Shown here in pieces: positions 20,362 to 28,760 of a stretch of DNA of 64,000 nucleotides. The number at the start of each line of letters is the position of its first letter. Positions within the stretch are counted from its first letter, which is position 1. Source of the stretch: an uncultured Acidobacteriota bacterium (GTDB lineage Bacteria > Acidobacteriota > UBA6911); contig CAWEJX010000012.1 in NCBI GenBank assembly GCA_963809485.1, positions 224,001 through 288,000 of the forward strand, given 5' to 3'. Under the pieces are notes generated by a model. The model saw only the letters and a program-made list of their open reading frames with translations. It had not been told where the DNA came from and made no database searches. Made by a program: the position numbers and the translations under genes.

Positions 20362-21975
20362 TCAGCGGCAGGAAAAGCTCTCCTGGCTGTCCGGGCTGCC
20401 GCCGTCGAATCGAGCCACCCTTGGATAGGGACACAGCGGACGGGTCTTGCCGGGGAATGCTCTGCCCGAGGCGGTCACGCGGTCCGGAGCCTGTCCCTTC
20501 TCAACCCATTGCTGGATCGCCGCGAGCATGTCGAACTGGTCCGTAGATTCTCCGCCGCCGCAGTGGGTCATACCGGGCACGAGAAACAGACGGGCCCAGG
20601 ATTGCGGGCCCTGGCTGTCACGAGGCGTTAATTTCTCGTACCATTGAGTCAGAGCGCCGGTCCACATGGCCTGGTCCGATAGTCCGTGATACACAATCAT
20701 CTTGCCGCCGTGTCCCGCGAAAGGTGGAATGCAGGGTGGCCACCGCGTCATTGATGGCGGCGGTTTCGGCGAGGGTGCCCAAATCACGGTCGAAATCGAA
20801 ACGCAACGGGTCAACGTCCGGGATTGGGCGGCGTCATGGAGAAAAGACGCAGCGTGTCGCGGCCGAGGGACGCATTGGCAGGCGTGCTGGCTGCGGTACC
20901 CAGATGCATGGCCCGCCAGGAAGGCAATGCAATCCCCGTGTCATACGGAGTCGCACCATAAAGCAACTCGCCCCGTGAATTGCGAGCGCCTCCGAGGATG
21001 TCCTCCAGCCCCTCGATCTGCTGAGCCGAGAGGCAGGGCTGAGTCCCGGCGCTGTTTTCCGATCCGCACTTCAGGGAGGCCGGATCGAAACGACAGGCCT
21101 TATAGTCATTGATCATGCCATCCTCGAGTCCGTCAAGCCCATCGCATTTCTTGAGCACGCCTGACGCAACGGCCTTCAGTTGCGCATCCGTGAAAGCCTC
21201 GGACAATTGCGGCTTGCCCGTCGCGTCCTTGGGCGCAATCCGCGTGACCGTCTGCAGGCTCCAGATCTGGTTCATGGCAACCCGCGTCAGGTTGAATGAA
21301 GCATTGCCGGAGACCACGCCGTCGAACTCCAGCGGCAGGCGTTGAGCGGCCAGCATCGCCTCGCGCCCGCCGGTCGAGCAACCCATGAAGTAGGTATAGT
21401 CGGGTTTGCGTCCGTAGTAGCGGTTGATGAGCGACTTTGGCTTGGCTGGTCGTACGTTGCACCGCCTGGTAGGCAAAATCAAGCTTGGCCTGCTGGTCCA
21501 CGGCAAAGCTGGCGTCTACGTTACTGCGGCCGCGATGGCCACCGTCGGTCGACACAACTGCAAAACCACGTGCCAGTGCGGACGGAAATCCGGAGACAGA
21601 GCCGAATGCAGGATTCAGCGTTCCATCCAATCCACCGCCGCCCTGAAACAGCAGGCGTCCGTTCCAGGCCAGCGGCAGCCGCAATTCAATGCCGGTGCCA
21701 TAGCTCACGCCCTCTATTCCGGACGGGCGCGGGTCCATCACCACGCGAAACAGGCAATGGGCGGGGACCTCCGTGGTAGCCCCTCCCGGTCCTGCGGGCT
21801 GGCGTGAAGCCGCAACCCACTGCGACGTGTCGACCCGGAAAACCTGCGTGGAAAGTGCGGCAAGAGACTCGCAGGCCTTGCCGGAATCCTCCCCGTCAGC
21901 TAAGGCATGGTTCGACATAAGCAGGATGAAGGCTGCCGCACAAGCGCAGCCTAATGCAGTTCTGATGGCGATCAC
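20362..21975 (-). CDS. Tannase/feruloyl esterase family hydrolase, canonical motifs (about three frameshifts)
   Basis: Pieces in consecutive frames: WNGRLLFQGGGGLDG, STDGGH / GCSTGGRE, CDGLDGLEDG / YHGLSD, VPGMTHCGGG, TRPLCPYP; GTG start at 21975. Confidence 0.82.
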
Positions 21976-22003
21976 GGGTACCCCCTTTTCTATGCCGATG
22001 CTA

Positions 22004-23552
22004 TTATGCCCAGGGCTTTTCTGCGGCAGACTGTTCGCCCGCGACATGACCGAAGACGATACACTCGAGGATGTTGCCGCCGCCCTGATAATGCCAGCTA
22101 TAGATAGCGCCCAATTCGCCGGCGGAATAAAGCCTTGCGAATAGGCTTTCGGTTTGTATCCAGCACCTGGCAACTGCGGTTGCGTCGGGGCCCTCCCTGG
22201 GTATTGGTGAATGCGGGAACAAACTCGGTCGCATAGAAAGGCGGCGTTTGAATCGGCGCCATCTTTTTAGGATCCCGGCCGAATTCCGCATCATTTCCCG
22301 CAGCACAGGATTTGTTCCAGGCGGCGACGGTTTTTTCGAGAGTTTCGGGATTCTTCCCGATTTTCGCTGCCAATTCCTTCAGCGTGTCGGCCTTGACGAT
22401 CCAGCCCTTTTCAATTTCCGCGCTGTTGTCCGGGCTCCAACTATATTTCTCTATCTGGGCCCACCAGCAGAAAATATAATTCGGCGGGTATAGTGGCCCA
22501 CTCTTTCTCATCGCTTCGTCGAAGACCAGGTGAACGGGAAGCGGAGTGGGGACGTGGATGTAAACTCCGTGGAACGGAATTTTGCCGTGTTTCGTGGAAT
22601 AGGTTTCGTTGGTAAATCGCGTGGCATCCTTGGCGATCCAGATCCAGTTTTTTCCCGGAGGAGAAAAACTGTAGCCGAAGGCCCAATCCTTGCCCGGGAT
22701 TCTGAAATTGAAATCCGGGCCGGCCTGGTTGTCCATGTGCCAGAGGTCCGCGCCGATAGCCATCGCCATCCGAATCCCGTCGCCGGTGTTGTATGGACTT
22801 CCCTTGGTATACGCATACGGCATCCCGAGATAGTCGCGTATCATTTCCTGATTATTTTCAAAACCTCCCGTACAGAGGACCACGGCTTTCTTCGCTTTGA
22901 CGTATAACTTCTTGCCTTTGTTTTCAGCGACCACTCCCCGGACCTCTCCGGTTTTGACGTCTCGAATCAATTCAACGCCAGGCGTTTCATAATGGATCCT
23001 GATTTTCCTTTTTTGGAGAGCGTTCTCCATTAGCAGAAGCCATAGGCGTTGAAATCCGTTCCCTTTAGTGGACCAACAGACGAATCCGGCACCTCCCGGA
23101 AATTCCGGATATTCTCCCGCCGTTGGAATCGTCCTCATATCAGCTCCCATTTTTGTGAGCCATTCGGTCACTTGGACTGAGTGTTCGTGGAAAACCCGAG
23201 TCATGTCATCCGGGATAGGGAAGCCATCGCTGAGCGCATTCTGATATTCGACGGCCTTATGGGTGTCGGAAGGGCACCAGTAACCTTGACCGCTCACCCG
23301 TGTGTTCCCGCCGGCATGAGCTTCCGGCGCCTTTTCCAGCATCAGGACGTCGGCTCCCTGATCATGGGCCGTGATTGCGGCCATGAGGCCTGCCGCGCCG
23401 ATGCCGAGCACGACGACACCGGCCTCATAATCCCAGTTTTTAACCTGGTCGAATTGAGTTGCTTCAGCCTGATTTGATCCAAGCCCGGCCAGCGCGGCTG
23501 TGCTCATTCCGGTTGCCGTAGCCTTAAGGAATTTGCGTCTCGATGTTTTCAT
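22004..23552 (-). CDS. Tat-exported FAD-binding flavoprotein (fumarate reductase / 3-ketosteroid dehydrogenase-like), frameshift near 22140
   Basis: SRRKFLK twin-arginine signal, LGIGAAG, GGNTRVSG, CTGGFE, NTGDGIRMA, TQGG, then RLYSAGE..GGGNILEC in the next frame. Confidence 0.85.
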
Positions 23553-23847
23553 GGTTTCTTCCCTTTCCCAAATGGTCGCCAATGATGGATCCCTTGCAGA
23601 TTCAAATGCCGCTAATTCAATGCTGAGGAACGATTCGCCCCGACAAGTGAGTCAGCCCGGCTTCGCTGCACGGATGGATGCACTGGAGAACGGGCGAGGA
23701 TGAGTGTCACAAGGCTGATTGTCGGATTGTTCAATACCGCCATAGATTCCCGGGCCGGCAGAAAGTGCGACATGTCACTCTGATTCCGGGCAGCTTTTTG
23801 TTTTCGCGACGGTGTACCAGTGGCAGGCTATAGAAACAATTATGGCA

Positions 23848-23892
23848 TTGTCAAGAAATACGTCACAGATTTGTGACAACTATTGTGTTAAA
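23848..23892. promoter_or_regulatory. Second copy of the GTCACA-N4-TGTGAC operator/promoter block
   Basis: TTGTCAAGAAATACGTCACAGATTTGTGACAACTATTGTGTTAAA matches the reverse complement of 6031..6075; lies in a divergent intergenic region. Confidence 0.75.
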
Positions 23893-23983
23893 GTCTTGAC
23901 CTCGGCATCTCGCAAAATGACTGGATATGCAAAACCACATTTTTGCAGCAGGTTAACAAGAATACCCAAGGAGGTTGCAGCTC

Positions 23984-25336
23984 ATGAAAAGGTCATTGGT
24001 CTATGCTTTGCTGACAACCCTGTTCGCCGGCGGAACTAGTTTATCCCAGACCTACAAAGCCTCGAGCGATTCCAGGTCGGCCGTAAAGCAGGAGATGGTC
24101 CCCGCCCCACTGCGCTCGGCCTTGGCGCCGCCGTTTCCGGCACATCCTTCACCCTATAACTTCCCGGGTGTTCAGTATCCGCGGGTTGAGGCCGACTCGC
24201 GGGTCACCTTCCGTTTCAAGGCCCCCAATGCACAGAAGGTGCAGGTCGCTCTCGTCACTTCCGGGTCGAATTCGCTCCAGCCCCTTCCGTTTGATATGGT
24301 CAAGGGCGACGACGGCGTGTGGACCTATACGAGCGCGCCGCAGAGCCCCGGGTATCACAACTACTGGATGCTCATAGATGGGGCAGCCGTGCTGGATCCG
24401 GCCACCAACGCATTCATCGGCTACGGCCACATGTGCAATGCCTTTGAAATCCCCGAGCCGGGCGTCGATTTCTACGATTTGAAGGACGTGCCGCACGGAA
24501 ATGTGCTGATCAAGAATTACTTTGCCAAGACGGCCAATTCGTGGCGGCGCATCTTCGTCTACACGCCCCCGGGATATGACACCAACACCTCCATCCGATA
24601 CCCGGTGTTGTATCTGCAGCACGGCGGCGGCGAGGACGAGCGAGTCTGGATTGAAATGGGCCGGACTAACTTGATCCTTGATAACCTGCTTGCCAAAGGC
24701 AAGATCAGGCCCATGATTGTGGTCATGGAAACCAGTGCCGTGGGAACCCCGGGAGGCGCTGGTGCAGGGCCCGGCGCTGCGGGCGCCGGCCGTGGACCCG
24801 GGTTTGGCGGGTTCGGCGGTCCTGGAGGCGGGCCTTATGGGCAGCTGATGGTCAACGATTTGATTCCATGGGTCGACCGCAACTTCCGCACGATAACCGA
24901 CAAAGATCACCGCGCCATGGCGGGCCTCTCCATGGGCGGCATGCAGACCGCATCCGTCGCTATGGCTAACCTCGACAAATTCTCGTACATGGGGCTGTTC
25001 AGCGGCGGGGCCGCCATGGGATTCGGGCCCGGGGGCCCCGGCAAAACGGCTCCGGGCGCTGCACCAGCTGCTGCGCCTGCACCGTTCGACATCAAGACCA
25101 TTTACAGCGGCGCCATGGCCGATCCTGCAGAATTCAACAAGAAGGTGAAGGTCCTCTTCATGAGTTTCGGCTCGGAACCCCCTTTGGAGAACCCTGAAGG
25201 CCTGAAGAAACATCAGGAACAGCTCATCGCCGCCGGGATCACCAACAGCTATGTCTATATATCTCCCGGCACCTCGCACGAATGGCAGACTTGGAGGAGG
25301 AGTTTGTATGTCTTTGCTCCTCTTCTATTCAGGTAG
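23984..25336 (+). CDS. Secreted esterase with N-terminal E-set/CBM48-like domain and CE1-like esterase domain
   Basis: VTFRFKAPNAQKV, VYTPPGYD..YPVLYLQHGGG, AGLSMGG, HEWQTWRRSL. Confidence 0.9.
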   Translation: MKRSLVYALLTTLFAGGTSLSQTYKASSDSRSAVKQEMVPAPLRSALAPPFPAHPSPYNFPGVQYPRVEADSRVTFRFKAPNAQKVQVALVTSGSNSLQPLPFDMVKGDDGVWTYTSAPQSPGYHNYWMLIDGAAVLDPATNAFIGYGHMCNAFEIPEPGVDFYDLKDVPHGNVLIKNYFAKTANSWRRIFVYTPPGYDTNTSIRYPVLYLQHGGGEDERVWIEMGRTNLILDNLLAKGKIRPMIVVMETSAVGTPGGAGAGPGAAGAGRGPGFGGFGGPGGGPYGQLMVNDLIPWVDRNFRTITDKDHRAMAGLSMGGMQTASVAMANLDKFSYMGLFSGGAAMGFGPGGPGKTAPGAAPAAAPAPFDIKTIYSGAMADPAEFNKKVKVLFMSFGSEPPLENPEGLKKHQEQLIAAGITNSYVYISPGTSHEWQTWRRSLYVFAPLLFR

Positions 25337-25489
25337 AGTGCTTCCGCCTGGACCCGGCAGGGCGGAATTCACTCAAAGACTCAAAGCCGCCAGGTCTTGA
25401 AAAATGCCCGGAATTCATTGCCGGAATTATCAGGCTTTTGCCCCTATTAGCATCGGGGTCGTAAGCGATCCAGCCAGCGGGCGATTTCT

Positions 25490-25888
25490 TCAAACCTTGC
25501 GCTGCTGAAGCGAGGAGACCTTCGCCAGCTGAGGATAATCGCGGTCGCGGTGCAAAATGGTCAATCCGTGGCGCAGGGCACAGGCAGTAATAAGGCAGTC
25601 AATGGATGATCGGATGGTCAGTCCCTGGCGCCGGGCCGCTCGATATAGCCCCACAGCTTCTTCCACAATGGATATGCCGAGCGGCGATTCGACCACCGGC
25701 AAGGCCAGCATCGCATCCCGGGCTGTGCGGAATGCACGCTCGTCACGGAAACCCTGCAGTACCTCCTGAATCACAGGCAAACAGGTAACAATCTGATCGA
25801 ATTCGACAATCCTCTCCAGGTCAAGCGGATTTTGCCTGCGAAAGACTTCAATCCAGACGGAAGTATCGAGGATGACCAGTGGGCTCAT
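25490..25888 (-). CDS. vapC: PIN-domain toxin, VapC family
   Basis: ILDTSVWI, QEVLQG, SIDCLI, LHRDRDY. Confidence 0.9.
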   Translation of the reverse strand: MSPLVILDTSVWIEVFRRQNPLDLERIVEFDQIVTCLPVIQEVLQGFRDERAFRTARDAMLALPVVESPLGISIVEEAVGLYRAARRQGLTIRSSIDCLITACALRHGLTILHRDRDYPQLAKVSSLQQRKV

Positions 25889-26104
25889 CTAGCGGCTCCT
25901 CCGGCGCGGTCGATCCCGCCTCATGACAGCGAGATCTCCTTCCCAGAGGCCGGAGCCGGCGAGCTCGAGGATGCGTCGAGCCTTCGCGCGCCGGACAAAA
26001 TCCCGCAAGGCCATGTCCACCGCCCGGCTATATGTTTTTGCCCCCGCTGCCCTGACAACCTCTTCCAGTAACTCCTCATCAAGCACAAGATTTGTACGTT
26101 TCAT
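25889..26104 (-). CDS. vapB: VapB family antitoxin
   Basis: MKRTNLVLDEELL..AL..FVRR..L.G...WEGDL; abuts vapC. Confidence 0.88.
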   Translation of the reverse strand: MKRTNLVLDEELLEEVVRAAGAKTYSRAVDMALRDFVRRAKARRILELAGSGLWEGDLAVMRRDRPRRRSR

Positions 26105-26162
26105 GTGTATATTATATATTATCGAAAAAGGATCGCCAGAACTTCAATTCAGCGAAGGGAAA

Positions 26163-26485
26163 GGGATTCGGGGGAGGGATTCGAGGGATTCGGGGGAGGG
26201 ATTCGGGGTCGGACCACGTTAAATCATTTGCAATAAAGTGGAAAGGTGCAATTTTGCAGGTTTAAATGGGTCTTAGACGTAGAATTGATGAGGTTTTTGG
26301 GGCTCTAAGAAATCAGCGAGGTCCGTAGATATAATGAGAATCCTTACACTCAAAAAATGCCGCCCCAAATCGCCCCAAAGCCCATTTTCCAATCCCCAAA
26401 ACCGCACTATCGATAATCTTGCGAAGGCTTTATCGTGGTCCGTCCCCATTAGGCTCATTAGGCCCATTAAGATAAGACCATTAAG
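26163..26485. repeat. Inverted-repeat-bounded AT-rich element (REP/MITE-like) with short tandem repeats at both flanks
   Basis: GGGGTCGGACCACG (26205..26218) and CGTGGTCCGTCCCC (26434..26447) are 13/14 inverted; GGGATTCG repeats on the left, CATTAG/CATTAA repeats on the right. Confidence 0.6.
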
Positions 26486-26540
26486 ACAACGCTGATAACG
26501 GGCCAGCGGAAACTGGCAGAGAAAACTTCGGAGGCAAACC

Positions 26541-26930
26541 ATGGAACACTGGCTTGGAAAATATTCGGACTTCGCATACGGAATTATGCGGATTGTGGCC
26601 GGCATACTCTTCGCATGTCACGGGGCGCAGAAGCTTTTCGGCGCTTTCGGAAATGGCGCTCCTTCAACGCCGCTAATGACTGCGGCCGGCATCATTGAGT
26701 TCTTTGGAGGCGCTCTTATTGCCCTGGGCCTCTGGGCGGGGTATGCCGCCTTCATCTCGAGCGGCCAGATGGCTGCGGCCTATTTTATGGCTCATGCGCC
26801 CGGCGGGTTCTGGCCCATCGTCAATCAAGGCGAACTTGCCGTTATCTACTGTTTCGTCTTCCTGTATATCGCGTCCAGGGGATCGGGCAGGCTTGGCGTT
26901 GAGACATTCGCAAGAAAGAAGCGCGCCTGA
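26541..26930 (+). CDS. DoxX family membrane protein
   Basis: RIVAGILF.CHG.QKLFG, AG.IEF.GG, MAAAYFMAH, GELAVIYCF. Confidence 0.9.
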   Translation: MEHWLGKYSDFAYGIMRIVAGILFACHGAQKLFGAFGNGAPSTPLMTAAGIIEFFGGALIALGLWAGYAAFISSGQMAAAYFMAHAPGGFWPIVNQGELAVIYCFVFLYIASRGSGRLGVETFARKKRA

Positions 26931-27170
26931 TCCATTCCGTCTACGGCGCTTTCCCGGGGCCCAGGCATTTATTGCCTGGCGCAGAACTGCCGTGCGGATG
27001 AGGTGTCTCCAAATGGCACCAATGAATGGTATATTGTCTTCAGGGAACAGGAGTGTCAGGGTGCAGCCGGCCCGGCGGAAACCTGGAAGACGCGAGAAAG
27101 CAGCGGATCCCTGAAACTGCCGTTTATTTCTGTATCCCGCGCGCCTGGACATTGAATAGAGGAGAATTCC

Positions 27171-28685
27171 ATGGCTGACTTTTTGGACAATACGTTTACC
27201 CGCCGCCGCTTCATCAAAGATGCCGCACTGGCTTCCGCCTGCCTGTCGCTCGGGCCGTATTTCACTTTTGGAAAGGCTCAACGCACCGGCCTGATGAAGC
27301 GTCCCATGGGGCGCCTCGGCTTCGAAGCAACGACGCTGGGCCTTGGGGGGCAGGCTTCCCTGCAATGGACGCCCGCCGGTGTGGATCCCGTCAAGATCAT
27401 CCTGAAGGCCTTTGACCTGGGCGTGAATTACTTCGACACTTCGAACGTCTACGGCCCCAGCCAGGCCAATTACGGAAAGGCCTTCCGCGAACTGCACCTG
27501 ATTCCCGGCCAGCCCGGCTACCAGGAATCGCGCCGCCGTTCATTCTTTTTGACCAGCAAGACAATGCTGCGTTTTGCCAAGGGCGGCTACCAGAAAGAAG
27601 GCATGTGGAACTGGAGCGACGGGGCAAAGGGATCGCACGCCGTCGACGACATCAAGCGGACCCTGTCGCTGATTTTCGGCGATGGCCAGGGCTCCTACCC
27701 CGCGGGCGCTTATCTGGACATGGTTCTGGCCCACGCAGTCGAAAGCCAGGCGGATGTGGACGCTTTATACGAAGGATACGAACGTCCCGATCCGAAAGCC
27801 GAGCATATCGGCGCCCTCGCCATGCTGATGGATTACCGCGACGGCACCAATCTCACGGGGCTCAATCCCAAGGAAGAGAAGCTCATTCGCCATATCGGGT
27901 TTTCAGGGCATGCTTCGCCGGCCGTGATGATGGATATGATTCAGCGCGACCGCCGCGGCATTCTCGAAGGGTTGCTGGTAGCCATCAACGCCAACGACCG
28001 CCGCTATTTCAATATGCAGTACAACCTGATTCCGGTGGCCGCCGCCAACAATATGGGCGTGATCGCAATGAAGGTCTTTGCCGACGGCGCGATGTACGCC
28101 AAGCCGGCTACCTGGACCAACGGGCCGAACATGCTGGTTCTGAAGGTGGGGAGCAGCGATCTGCCCAGCGGACGGCTGGTCCAGTACAGCTTAAGCACAC
28201 CGGGAGTGCACACCGCCATTATCGGTACAGGGCACATTGACGCAAATCCGGCTGCCTGCCAGCTGCAGCAAAACCTGCTCGCCGCCCAGATCGAGCCCAA
28301 TGCCTTGAGCGTCTCGGACCGGAAGGAGATCGAAAAAATTGCCGGCGCAGCTAAGGAGGGCAAAACGAACTACTTCCAGGCCCAGGTCCAGGCGCTCGGC
28401 GCGCCGCGCAATGCCGCCGCCAGCCAGGAAATGCGCGGGCAGAAGCGGGTGGCGCAGCTGCATTGGCAAACCGCATATGCGGGGGATGAATCGATCCTCC
28501 GTTACGAAATCTGGCGCGACAACCAGAAAGCCGGCCAGGTCGCGCATAAGCCGCAGGTGCGCCAGACGCCGTTTTCTTTTGAAGAAGTCCTTTCCGACAA
28601 GGCCGCCCACCGCTACCAGGTTGTGACGGTAGATTCGGCCGGGCGTACAGCCAAAACCGAGGAGCTGCTTCTCTCAGGAGTTTAA
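27171..28685 (+). CDS. Tat-exported aldo/keto reductase with C-terminal FN3-like domain
   Basis: TRRRFIK signal, GVNYFDTSNVYG, RHIGFSGH, GVIAMKVF; beta-rich tail (L.W...YEIWRD...YQVVTVD.AG). Confidence 0.82.
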   Translation: MADFLDNTFTRRRFIKDAALASACLSLGPYFTFGKAQRTGLMKRPMGRLGFEATTLGLGGQASLQWTPAGVDPVKIILKAFDLGVNYFDTSNVYGPSQANYGKAFRELHLIPGQPGYQESRRRSFFLTSKTMLRFAKGGYQKEGMWNWSDGAKGSHAVDDIKRTLSLIFGDGQGSYPAGAYLDMVLAHAVESQADVDALYEGYERPDPKAEHIGALAMLMDYRDGTNLTGLNPKEEKLIRHIGFSGHASPAVMMDMIQRDRRGILEGLLVAINANDRRYFNMQYNLIPVAAANNMGVIAMKVFADGAMYAKPATWTNGPNMLVLKVGSSDLPSGRLVQYSLSTPGVHTAIIGTGHIDANPAACQLQQNLLAAQIEPNALSVSDRKEIEKIAGAAKEGKTNYFQAQVQALGAPRNAAASQEMRGQKRVAQLHWQTAYAGDESILRYEIWRDNQKAGQVAHKPQVRQTPFSFEEVLSDKAAHRYQVVTVDSAGRTAKTEELLLSGV

Positions 28686-28755
28686 GGGGGACAGCCACCC
28701 GTGTCCCCCTGTTTTTTATGGCGGACTGGAACGGGGACACCAGTGACCGTCCCCC
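28686..28755. repeat. Two GGGGAC..GTCCCC hairpins between convergent genes (REP-like or terminator)
   Basis: GGGGGACAGCCACCCGTGTCCCCC followed by a T tract, then GGGGACACCAGTGACCGTCCCC. Confidence 0.55.
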
Positions 28756-28760
28756 TTTTG

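Noticed and set aside
7700-22150. Programmed frameshifting or stop-codon recoding in split genes
   Set aside because: Breaks are frame changes at scattered sites without a common slippery motif; sequencing error is simpler
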